Below are positions 19,729 to 28,547 of a DNA stretch of 64,000 nucleotides, in pieces. Each line of letters opens with the position of its first letter. The stretch's first letter is position 1. The DNA is from an uncultured Gammaproteobacteria bacterium (lineage in GTDB: Bacteria > Patescibacteriota > Microgenomatia > UBA8517): NCBI GenBank assembly GCA_964427735.1, contig CAYRUS010000001.1:453790-517789 (forward strand). The letters run 5' to 3'. The translations under genes were made by a program, and so were the position numbers. Under the pieces are notes generated by a model, which did no database searches, had not been told where the DNA came from, and saw only the letters and a list, made by a program, of their open reading frames with translations.

Positions 19729-20775
19729 TCACTGAGGTAGGAATTCTTTGACGTTTTCTTTTGTGATAACAACTCTTTGTGCTTTTCCTTCAACCATAAG
19801 TCTGGCAGATTTTCTAACTGCAGCACCAATATTCCTTTGAAGAGTACGAATACCAGCATCAAATCCTAGTGGTCTTACAACCAGCGGCCAAACATCTTCT
19901 GCAATACTAAAGGAGTTTTCATCGATCCCAGATGACTTAAGAAGCTTTGGAAGCATGTAACGCTTACCAATTATAATTTTTTCTTGATCGGAATAACTTG
20001 GCATTGTTATTGGCTCTAACCTGTCCATGACTGCAGTAGCAATGTTATGAGTATTATTTGCAGTTGCTACAAACAAAACGTTAGAGAGATCAACAGGATA
20101 ATCAATATAATGGTCAACAAATGCAGCGTTTTGTTCTGGATCAAGAAGCTCAACTAAAACACCCATTATTGAAGACCTACCTTCTTCAGTTACTCTGTCA
20201 ATTTCGTCCAATAAAATAACAGGATTTTTTGCTTTGGAGGTCACTAATGCCTTAATTACTTTTCCAGGCTCTGCCTCTGGGTACATCTTACTTCTTCCTC
20301 GCAAATCCAAAGGATCACCCATACCTCCAAACGGGATACGGGCAAAACTTCTACCCATTGCCTCAGCTATTGATTTTGCAATTGTTGTCTTTCCTGTTCC
20401 AACAAGACCTACAAAACAAAGGATCGGAGCTCTCATAACCTCATTGCTTTCTCCTTTTTCCTGCTTAAGCTTCATTACAGCAAGATATTCAATTATCCTG
20501 TCTTTTATCTCATCAAGTCCATAATGGTAACTGTCTAAAACTTTTTTTGTATTAAGCAAGTCAAGGTTGTCTTGGGTACTTGCTTTCCAAGGGATTTGGA
20601 CTACCCAATCAATATATCTTCTTAATCGGTCAAATTCTGGTAAAAAGGTAGGGGAATCAGACATTCTAGAAAGCTGATCAATCCTTGTCACGACCTGTTC
20701 TGTAAGATCTTCTGGTACAGCTACAGAGGTAATCTTTTTTCTTAACTCTTCAAGGTCTTTTTGAATATCTGCCAT
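19729..20775 (-). CDS. Lon-like AAA+ ATPase module, with no N-terminal LAN domain and no S16 protease domain
   Basis: Starts at the Lon pre-AAA helix (LPEFDRLRRYIDWVVQIPW). Walker A GLVGTGKTT, Walker B ILLDEID, sensor regions. Ends at the ATPase alpha subdomain, 348 aa. Confidence 0.8.
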   Translation of the reverse strand: MADIQKDLEELRKKITSVAVPEDLTEQVVTRIDQLSRMSDSPTFLPEFDRLRRYIDWVVQIPWKASTQDNLDLLNTKKVLDSYHYGLDEIKDRIIEYLAVMKLKQEKGESNEVMRAPILCFVGLVGTGKTTIAKSIAEAMGRSFARIPFGGMGDPLDLRGRSKMYPEAEPGKVIKALVTSKAKNPVILLDEIDRVTEEGRSSIMGVLVELLDPEQNAAFVDHYIDYPVDLSNVLFVATANNTHNIATAVMDRLEPITMPSYSDQEKIIIGKRYMLPKLLKSSGIDENSFSIAEDVWPLVVRPLGFDAGIRTLQRNIGAAVRKSARLMVEGKAQRVVITKENVKEFLPQ

Positions 20776-20793
20776 ATATTTATCTTACATTAC

Positions 20794-20828
20794 TAAGTTA
20801 GAAGTTGAAAGTTAGAAGATAAGTTTAT
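20794..20828 (-). promoter_or_regulatory. Tandem AAGTTAG heptad repeats 20-55 nt upstream of the lon-like start codon
   Basis: + strand reads ctAAGTTAGAAGTTgaAAGTTAGAAGAtaAGTTta. It shares AACTTCTAACTT with the udg upstream region. Confidence 0.35.
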
Positions 20829-20836
20829 TTGCAATA

Positions 20837-21691
20837 TTAAGTTCTTAAAATTAATACTCCCAGAAATACAATTAGTGATCCTATAAACTTTTTAATTAAA
20901 TTTGATCTTTCTTTAAGTAGTATATAGGCAAATACCACAGTCAGAACTATTGATGACTGACTTATCGGAGCTATCTGTGAAGCTTCTCCACCTGTTTGAT
21001 ATGCCAAAAAAATAGTAACAGCGGATATTGCATAAAAAATACTAGCAGCTAACAGACTCACTAAGCTTTTTTTATTCTTATAAGAACCGAGATCTTTTAC
21101 TAATGATGGCTGAAAAATTAAAACCATTAAAGAGGGGAATATAAATGCTAAGACCATGTAGGAAGGAACATCGTCAAAATAATTCACCAAATATGCATCA
21201 TTTGTAAATGCTATACCGTAAAAGACAGCAGCTAAAATTGCATATAAATACCCTTTATTTATATTCCACACTTTTTTCTTCCAAGTAACTACGATCACAC
21301 CAAAAACCACTAGGAACGTACCGAAGAGACGGGACATAGTTATAACTTCACCCAAAAATAAGGCTGCAGTTAATACTGTCCAAATACTTTTAGTAGAGCT
21401 TATAACAGCAACCTCAGAAGCCTCTGACAGTTTAAGTGATTTAAACAATGATAAATTTCCAAGTGCATAAAGAAGACTCATTAAAATAAGGTGGGGCAAA
21501 ACAGGTAGAAGCGGTGGAATATTAAAACCGTAAATTAAAACATAAACTACAAAAAGAGACGATACAAAAAGTTGAAAAACAAAAGCATAAGCAACAGGAC
21601 TACTTTGTTCTTCCCTCAATAATGCTCTTTGTAATATGGATGTTAATGAGAAAGATACAGTACTTATTAATACTAAACTTAACCAATCCAT
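20837..21691 (-). CDS. EamA/DMT-family permease (10 TM)
   Basis: Two repeated five-TM halves. Composition typical of drug/metabolite transporters. Confidence 0.65.
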   Translation of the reverse strand: MDWLSLVLISTVSFSLTSILQRALLREEQSSPVAYAFVFQLFVSSLFVVYVLIYGFNIPPLLPVLPHLILMSLLYALGNLSLFKSLKLSEASEVAVISSTKSIWTVLTAALFLGEVITMSRLFGTFLVVFGVIVVTWKKKVWNINKGYLYAILAAVFYGIAFTNDAYLVNYFDDVPSYMVLAFIFPSLMVLIFQPSLVKDLGSYKNKKSLVSLLAASIFYAISAVTIFLAYQTGGEASQIAPISQSSIVLTVVFAYILLKERSNLIKKFIGSLIVFLGVLILRT

Positions 21692-21753
21692 TTAATAATT
21701 ATAAGTAATTTTAAAGTAAATTAGAAATATGCTCTGAAGATAACTAAAATAAC

Positions 21754-24033
21754 TTACTCCTCATCCATCAATCTACTCGTGGGGAAGTGAGGGCCTGAAG
21801 ATTGCCCGCCTCTATTACCACTTCTTCTGCCTCTGTCTCCTCCTCGACCGCCTCTTCTGTCACGTCCGCGTCCACCTCGTCCTCTATCACCGCCTCTTCT
21901 ATCGCGTCCACCACGATTACCTCCACCATCACCATCTCGAGATGGCTTTTTCTTATCGTATTCTGGATCCATTACCATCGAGAGGTTGATTCTTCCCATA
22001 GAGTCAATCTCTTTTACTCTTACTTGGACTTTGTCTCCAATGCTTACAACATCTTCAGGGTTTTTGACATACTCCTCGCTCATATCCGAAACATGGACAA
22101 GTCCATCTTTCCCCGGAAGTACCTCCACAAATGCTCCAAACGGTTGTATCCTTACTACTTCACCATCATAGATTTCTCCTGGTTCCACTTCCTTTGTAAT
22201 GTTTTCAACCGCTTGAATCGCAGCCTGCATCTCATCTTTATGAGCTGCAGAGATAAAGACAGTACCATCATCCTCAACATCAACATCTGCACCTGTGCTG
22301 GCGATTATACCTTTAATTGTTTTACCCCCTGGACCAATTAGCTCACCTATTTTTGCAGGGTCAATTTTGATGACTTTTATCTTTGGAGCATAAGCCGACA
22401 ACTCTTCTTTTGGTTGGTCAATTGCTTTTAGCATCACATCCAAAATTTCAAGCCTTGCTTTCTTTGCTTGATCCAGTGCAGCTTTAAGAATCTTTCTGGT
22501 TAATTTAAGAGTCTTAACATCTAATTGAATTGCTGTTACACCATCTTTCGTACCTGCGACTTTAAAGTCCATGTCCCCATTTCCATCCTCTAGCCCTACA
22601 ATATCTGTTAATACAACAAAATTATCCTCATCCTCAACTACAAGACCCATTGCTATACCAGACACAGGAGTCTTAATCGGAACACCAGCATCCATTAAGG
22701 ACAAGCTAGAACCACAAGTTGCTGCCATAGAGGTTGAACCGTTAGAAGACAGAATTTCTGTAACAACCCTAATCATATAAGGAAAATCGTCCTGGCTAGG
22801 GATTACCGGTTGTAATGCCCTTTCTGCTAAAGCTCCATGACCAATTTCTCGTCTACCTGGCCAACCTATTCTGCCTGTTTCTCCAACAGATGAAGGTGGA
22901 TGTGAATAATGATGTAAATATCGTTTTGTTTCCTCTCCTTCTGCTGATTCAATAGCTAGTTCCAAACTAGGTGCACCAAGCGTAGTGATAGTTAAAGCTT
23001 GGGTTAATCCTCTTTGAAAAATAGCTGAACCGTGTGTTCGTGGAAGTACTGAAACCTTTGCAGATAATTCTCTTAATTTATCGGATTTTCTACCATCAGG
23101 TCTTTTTCCTTTAAGAAGCATCTCTCTAACTTTCTGACTAAAGATTTTCTCTACTGTCTTTCCTGCTTCTGGTCGTTCTGCCTCATCAATAGTTTCAGCA
23201 ATTGCCTTCTTAAGATCTGCAAAATCCCCATAACCAGCTTCTTTGGTTGCCATTTTGCCAATCATGTCGTCTATTTGCTTTCCAAAATCCTTTTTGATTT
23301 GTTTCTCAAGATCTTTGTTTACTTCCTCTTTTGGCATTGGTTCTTTTTTGACCCCTGCTTCTTTTGCAAAGTCCTTTATAAAGGAGATTAAGTTTGCAAT
23401 TTCACCTTCTGCCACCTCGATTCCAGATAAAATATCTTCTTCAGACACTTCATTCGCACCTGCCTCAAGCATGACGATTGCATCTTTTATTCCTGAAACA
23501 ATTAAGTCCATATCTGAATTCTCTAAAGTTGATACAAGAGGGCTAACCTCATACTTGCCATCATTCCTTCCAACTCTCACAATCCCCACAGGTCCTTTCC
23601 ATGGAATTGGGGAAACCTCAATTGCAGCTGAAGCAGCTATCGCAGCGACCATATCCGGCGCATTTTCGCCATCAATAGAAAGAACAGTTAACACAACCTG
23701 AACTTCCTTTTTATAATTTTCTGGGAACAGAGGTCGAATTGATCTATCAATAACTCTAGCAGTTAAAATTTCATCATCAGAAGGTTTTCCTTCACGCTTT
23801 ACCCATCTACTTCCTTTAATTCTTCCTCCAGCGTAAAGCTTTTCTTGATATTCAACAGATAGAGGGAAATAACCTAAGTCTTGTGACAAGGGGCTTGCCA
23901 CAACCGTAGCCATCACAACAGTCTCTCCATAAGTTGCCATTACAGCTCCACTGGTTTGATATGCAATATGCCCTGTTTCGATAGTTAAGTTTCTTCCGTT
24001 TAACTCTATTGTCTTTTTTACGTTCTTTATCAT
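21754..24033 (-). CDS. pnp: Polynucleotide phosphorylase with a C-terminal RGG/RD-rich tail
   Basis: Two RNase PH domains, KH and S1 domains (GEIYDGEVVRIQPFGAFVEV). The last ~60 aa read GGGNRGGRDRRGGDRGRGGRGRDRRGGRGGDRGRR. Confidence 0.9.
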   Translation of the reverse strand: MIKNVKKTIELNGRNLTIETGHIAYQTSGAVMATYGETVVMATVVASPLSQDLGYFPLSVEYQEKLYAGGRIKGSRWVKREGKPSDDEILTARVIDRSIRPLFPENYKKEVQVVLTVLSIDGENAPDMVAAIAASAAIEVSPIPWKGPVGIVRVGRNDGKYEVSPLVSTLENSDMDLIVSGIKDAIVMLEAGANEVSEEDILSGIEVAEGEIANLISFIKDFAKEAGVKKEPMPKEEVNKDLEKQIKKDFGKQIDDMIGKMATKEAGYGDFADLKKAIAETIDEAERPEAGKTVEKIFSQKVREMLLKGKRPDGRKSDKLRELSAKVSVLPRTHGSAIFQRGLTQALTITTLGAPSLELAIESAEGEETKRYLHHYSHPPSSVGETGRIGWPGRREIGHGALAERALQPVIPSQDDFPYMIRVVTEILSSNGSTSMAATCGSSLSLMDAGVPIKTPVSGIAMGLVVEDEDNFVVLTDIVGLEDGNGDMDFKVAGTKDGVTAIQLDVKTLKLTRKILKAALDQAKKARLEILDVMLKAIDQPKEELSAYAPKIKVIKIDPAKIGELIGPGGKTIKGIIASTGADVDVEDDGTVFISAAHKDEMQAAIQAVENITKEVEPGEIYDGEVVRIQPFGAFVEVLPGKDGLVHVSDMSEEYVKNPEDVVSIGDKVQVRVKEIDSMGRINLSMVMDPEYDKKKPSRDGDGGGNRGGRDRRGGDRGRGGRGRDRRGGRGGDRGRRSGNRGGQSSGPHFPTSRLMDEE

Positions 24034-24036
24034 GTA

Positions 24037-24306
24037 TTATTTTTTCAATCCTAGAGATTCAATGAGGTTTTTATACCTATCCTCTGCCTGCCTTTGGAGG
24101 TAAGCTAGAAGTCTTCTCCTTTTTGCCACCATACTTAAAAGTCCACGTTTAGAATGAATATCCTTTGAGTGTTCCTTGAGGTGCGATGTTAATTTATTTA
24201 TCTGTGCAGTTAAAAGTGCAATTTGTACTTCAGGAGAACCTGTGTCTCCTTTTCCCTGCGCATATTTTTTAATAATTTGTTGTTTCTCGTCCTTTGATAA
24301 TGCCAT
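24037..24306 (-). CDS. rpsO: 30S ribosomal protein S15
   Basis: [15 protein letters not shown]...[35 protein letters not shown]. Confidence 0.9.
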   Translation of the reverse strand: MALSKDEKQQIIKKYAQGKGDTGSPEVQIALLTAQINKLTSHLKEHSKDIHSKRGLLSMVAKRRRLLAYLQRQAEDRYKNLIESLGLKK

Positions 24307-24403
24307 AATATTGTCATGCGTTTCCTAGTTTACGGTCGGACATTCAGCAAACCAAGATAGCACCGAATTGGTATTTTAACACTGTTGCTTACAAAACTCA
24401 ACT

Positions 24404-24895
24404 TTATTCTATTCTTGAGTAACCTTCAATCCCCAACTCTCTCATATTGGAAAAATGTTTAAGGATGACTTGTCCACGGATGACTTGTAATAATGAATCA
24501 ATAGTCTCTTCCGAGCGAAACTTGAAAATAGGATCTCTATTTCCCATATACGTTTCTTCTACTAATGCCATCAGAAAACTAATTCTTTTTACGAAGCCAT
24601 CTCCACCTCTAGAGCTGTAAAAACTCTGAAATTCTTTAATGATTTGATTCCTTTTTTCTCTATAATTTTCATCTATTATTAGATTTTGATCATAATCCCC
24701 CATTTGCTTTTTCATTAAATTACAAACATCTTGTATCTTTTCAGCCAAATCAGAACTTAAAGAGTCCGTTACCACTAATTGAGTACCCAAATCACCTAAA
24801 ACATCTAATATTTGATAAGGCGATAGTTCATGGAGAATCTCTACAACATATTCGTATGCGACATCTTCTGCAGATTTATTTCTTTCTTCAATCAT
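24404..24895 (-). CDS. Hypothetical protein (occupies the rbfA/truB position of the nusA-infB...rpsO-pnp operon)
   Basis: 163-aa ORF with no RbfA or TruB motif. Confidence 0.45.
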   Translation of the reverse strand: MIEERNKSAEDVAYEYVVEILHELSPYQILDVLGDLGTQLVVTDSLSSDLAEKIQDVCNLMKKQMGDYDQNLIIDENYREKRNQIIKEFQSFYSSRGGDGFVKRISFLMALVEETYMGNRDPIFKFRSEETIDSLLQVIRGQVILKHFSNMRELGIEGYSRIE

Positions 24896-24968
24896 ATTTC
24901 TGCTGTTTAGGCAATTTTAAAATAATTGGTTTTAAAAATAAAGAGCAGATTTTACAGAAGATAATACT

Positions 24969-25820
24969 TTAACTAACAGTAGTACCTTTATAAATCTTTG
25001 GTCCTGACCAATCTTTTGGAGGTTTTTCTTCTTCTATATTCTCTCCTGGGATTGATCCCGGAGGATAATTTTCTCTGCTTGGCATTTGTGGAGCAGGTAG
25101 TCTTCTTCCACCTACCTGCATCAAATTTGCCATAGCAGAAAAAGTTTCAGCAGTAACATTTTCTGTATTGAAATTATTGCTTCCTTCTTCAATTCCTGCA
25201 ATTAAATTTGTTGCTATGTCTTCATTTAAATTTAAGTTGTTAGTTTTAATATAACGAGCAACGAGTTCAGATACTGACGAAGCTGGACTTGCCAAAGAAA
25301 TTATATTTTGTTTAGCTTGATCAAGCGCATTAATCCCGATATGAACTAAACGCAGATTAGCAAACTCCTTTTTCTGTAAGTCTGGGAAACTATCCATTGA
25401 GCTACCTCCAATTAAAATAATAGTATCTGCAGAGACACCAGAGTATTTAATCTCTACTTGTTCACGTTTCGGAGCTTGAGCCGAATTCACAGGAGCAATT
25501 GTAAGATAGATCTCACCATTTTCAATATCATAACTGACTCTATCAATATCCTCGGGTCTATAATTATTTAATTTAATAACTAAGTTTTTATTACCTGTTT
25601 CTTCTTGAACTTTGTTAACTCCAACAAGTCGATTGTACTCAACAAGCATTGGAGAAGGAGAGGATATTGAAATATTTTTATTATCCTGTAATGCAAGATA
25701 CAACGAAAGTCCTGCAGCAACTTGATCCAAAGATGGTTCCTTCGGAAGAAGCACCAAGACTGACTTGCTTTCTTCTAGTACTGAGTTTAGAGAATTGTCC
25801 ATAGTTATGTTTAAGGGCAA
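24969..25820 (-). CDS. Hypothetical protein, possibly a degenerate DHH/NrnA-like phosphoesterase
   Basis: N-terminus VLVLLPKEPSLDQVAAGLSLYLAL resembles the DHH-family N-terminal pattern, but no DHH triad is visible. Confidence 0.4.
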   Translation of the reverse strand: MPLNITMDNSLNSVLEESKSVLVLLPKEPSLDQVAAGLSLYLALQDNKNISISSPSPMLVEYNRLVGVNKVQEETGNKNLVIKLNNYRPEDIDRVSYDIENGEIYLTIAPVNSAQAPKREQVEIKYSGVSADTIILIGGSSMDSFPDLQKKEFANLRLVHIGINALDQAKQNIISLASPASSVSELVARYIKTNNLNLNEDIATNLIAGIEEGSNNFNTENVTAETFSAMANLMQVGGRRLPAPQMPSRENYPPGSIPGENIEEEKPPKDWSGPKIYKGTTVS

Positions 25821-25822
25821 GT

Positions 25823-27217
25823 TTACTTTTCGACCGATAGTATCATACTACCGGCATCAAAATCAAGTTGAGGATCAAAAATCACTCCAAATTCTTCGCC
25901 TTGTTTAGCCACACGAATTTCTTCTTTGCCTCTTCTTAGTGATGTAACTTTTGCTTCTCCCAACTCCTCACCTTCGCTACTAAATATTACTATTTTATCC
26001 CCAGAGGATATTTGTCCTTGCACAACCTTACCTCCTGCAACTATTTTGTTATTATAGGGAAATGTATCTAAAACTTCTGCTCTTCCAATAATTTTTGTTT
26101 GACCCTCTTCGTAAATCTTTTTTAATTCTTCAAAAAGCTCATAAATAATTTTATGTTTTTTTATCTCAACACCTTCATTGTCAGCTGCTTTTTCTATCTG
26201 CTTGGAAACCTTAACATCTAGTGCAAAAACACTAGCATTTGAGGTTTTTGCAAGTAAAATATCTGTTTCAGTCACATCTCCAACACCTGAATGTATTACA
26301 ACAGCAAACTCAGGCAAACCAGCAACAGCCGCTTCTACAAAACCAGTGTTTGAAGCCTTTATGATCACTGGCAGTTTATTTTCTTCTATTTCACCTTTAA
26401 AACCTAAATTTTTTTTGTCTTTATTCTCATAAGGTTTTTGGGTAACCAATGCACCAACATCTGGAAGTTCTCTAAAACCCAAAACTTTTGCAGCAAATCC
26501 TGGCTTAACTTCTTTAATTTGCTTTTGCATTTCATCATAGATTGCTCTTACTCTAGCCATTTCTTTCCCTGCATAAACTTCTTGTCCTGCTTTTAGAACT
26601 CCATTTCTTACCACTAGGTTTACAGTAGGTCCACCTTTTTCCATAGCTGTTTCAATTACTACGGCTTCTAAATCTCCTTTTAGATCACCTTTAATTTCAT
26701 TTACTTCTGAGACTAAACTTATCATTTCCAGTAAGTTTTCTACCCCTTCGCCTGTTTTAGCAGATACTTCAACAAAAGGTGTATCTCCTCCTCTTCCTTC
26801 GAAAAGAACTTCTTCTTTTTCAAGATCACCTAGAACAGCCTGGACATTTGACTCTGGTAAATCTATCTTTGTAACTGCAACTATAAAAGGAATTTCTGCT
26901 TTTTTAATATGTTTTAGTGCTTCTATTGTCTGCGGTTTTGCACCTTCATTTGCCGCTACTACTAAAACCGCAATATCAGCTACTTTTGCTCCTCTTGAAC
27001 GCATTGATTCAAAAGCCGCATGCCCTGGAGTATCTATAAAAGTTATTTTTTCACCTTCTTTTGTTTTTATTGTTGAAGCACCAATTCCTTGAGTTATTCC
27101 TCCTGCTTCCCTTTCTTGGACTTTGGTTTTGCGAATATAATCAAGAAGTGTAGTCTTCCCATGATCTACATGTCCAAGTATAGTTACGATTGGTGGTCTT
27201 TTTTCTAGGTTTGCCAT
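25823..27217 (-). CDS. infB: Translation initiation factor IF-2, minimal form (G domain to C2, no N-terminal extension)
   Basis: Starts directly at the G1 motif ILGHVDHGKTTLLD. DTPGHAAF. 464 aa. Confidence 0.85.
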   Translation of the reverse strand: MANLEKRPPIVTILGHVDHGKTTLLDYIRKTKVQEREAGGITQGIGASTIKTKEGEKITFIDTPGHAAFESMRSRGAKVADIAVLVVAANEGAKPQTIEALKHIKKAEIPFIVAVTKIDLPESNVQAVLGDLEKEEVLFEGRGGDTPFVEVSAKTGEGVENLLEMISLVSEVNEIKGDLKGDLEAVVIETAMEKGGPTVNLVVRNGVLKAGQEVYAGKEMARVRAIYDEMQKQIKEVKPGFAAKVLGFRELPDVGALVTQKPYENKDKKNLGFKGEIEENKLPVIIKASNTGFVEAAVAGLPEFAVVIHSGVGDVTETDILLAKTSNASVFALDVKVSKQIEKAADNEGVEIKKHKIIYELFEELKKIYEEGQTKIIGRAEVLDTFPYNNKIVAGGKVVQGQISSGDKIVIFSSEGEELGEAKVTSLRRGKEEIRVAKQGEEFGVIFDPQLDFDAGSMILSVEK

Positions 27218-27276
27218 GATTAAAATAAAATTTATCTTTCATCTGACTGTCATTTATATGATACATGATATATAAA

Positions 27277-28443
27277 TCAAGTCTCATCAACCGATTGATT
27301 AAGAGCAGCCTGATCCTCACCTGTTGATTCTTTGCTTTCTTTAACTTCCTTCTTTTCTTCTGTTTCTATCATTGATTCAACTTTTTTGATGTCGTCATCT
27401 GGCTGTGCCTCTGTTTCTTCGTTTTCTGCTTCGACTTCTTTATCTTCAACCTTTTCGCTGTCAATACTTTCTACCTCAATTCTCCAACCCGTAAGACTTG
27501 CAGCTAATCTTGCATTTTGTCCATCCTTACCAATTGCTAAAGAAAGCTGATCTTCTGTTGTTTTTACTGTTGCTGTTTTTGTTTCTTCATCCAATGAAAC
27601 TGTTACACCTTGAGCAGGAGCAAGAGAAGCTTTTATAAGCTCTGTTATTTCTTCATTCCATGGAATAATATCTACTCTTTCTCCTCCTAATTCGTTTGTC
27701 ACAGCTTGTACTCGCACTCCTTTTTGTCCTACACAAGATCCAACAGGATCAACTCCAGACTGATCTGAATAAACTGCTACTTTGGTACGTACTCCAGGAT
27801 CTCTGGCAATTGCCTGTATTTTTACAGCTCCTGAACCAATTTCTGGAACCTCCCTTGCAAAGAGTTGAGCTACAAATTCTTTGTCTGCACGAGATAATAT
27901 GATTTCTTTACCTCTTGGAGTTTCTTCTATTTCTTTGAAAAGAAAGGTTAATCTCTGATTTGGAGCAAGATGCTCATTTGGAATTCTTTCCTCAACAGGC
28001 ATTATTCCTTCAGCTTTGCCAAGATCAACTCGAACATTAGGACCATCAAATCTTAAAACTGTCCCTGAAATTAACCCTCCAACTCTTTGGCTATATTCAT
28101 CCATAACAGAAGCTTTCTCTGCTTCGCGAATTTTCTGGTGAATAACCTGCTTGGCAGTTTGAGCTGCAATGCGGCCAAACCCCGGAGGGGTAACGTCTTC
28201 TGGTTCTCCTTCTTGGCCTTCATCAGGAAGCTGGTAAACTCTTGCTTCACCAGTTACCTCATCTAACTCTACGTCAAATTCAACTTCTTCTACGTCTTCA
28301 CCGCGGTCTCTTGCATCTCTTTTGTAAGCAGCAATTATTGCTTGCTTTATGGTGTCTACAATCACGTCAGCATCTAAGCCACGCTCTGTTGCAATGGCTT
28401 TTAATGCTTGTGAAAATTCTGTTCTTGCTGTTTTTCCTGCCAT
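27277..28443 (-). CDS. nusA: Transcription termination/antitermination factor NusA
   Basis: N-terminal domain, S1 domain and two KH domains, with an acidic C-terminal tail. Confidence 0.9.
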   Translation of the reverse strand: MAGKTARTEFSQALKAIATERGLDADVIVDTIKQAIIAAYKRDARDRGEDVEEVEFDVELDEVTGEARVYQLPDEGQEGEPEDVTPPGFGRIAAQTAKQVIHQKIREAEKASVMDEYSQRVGGLISGTVLRFDGPNVRVDLGKAEGIMPVEERIPNEHLAPNQRLTFLFKEIEETPRGKEIILSRADKEFVAQLFAREVPEIGSGAVKIQAIARDPGVRTKVAVYSDQSGVDPVGSCVGQKGVRVQAVTNELGGERVDIIPWNEEITELIKASLAPAQGVTVSLDEETKTATVKTTEDQLSLAIGKDGQNARLAASLTGWRIEVESIDSEKVEDKEVEAENEETEAQPDDDIKKVESMIETEEKKEVKESKESTGEDQAALNQSVDET

Positions 28444-28547
28444 GATTTAATAAAAAAGGCGGACTTATCGCCCACCTCACAATCAAATTACCTTTAATAT
28501 TTTACTTCAAAGCTGTTTTTAAGTCAAACTTGTATTAAAATTAAATC

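Noticed and set aside
21802-22341. 179-aa plus-strand ORF, along with other 60-150 aa ORFs antisense to pnp, nusA, dnaK, hrcA and murJ
   Set aside because: They lie entirely inside well-supported conserved genes on the opposite strand. They have low-complexity, Ser/Leu-rich composition typical of antisense frames of AT-rich coding DNA.
28242-28445. 67-aa Leu/Gln-rich plus-strand ORF
   Set aside because: It is antisense within the nusA N-terminal coding region.
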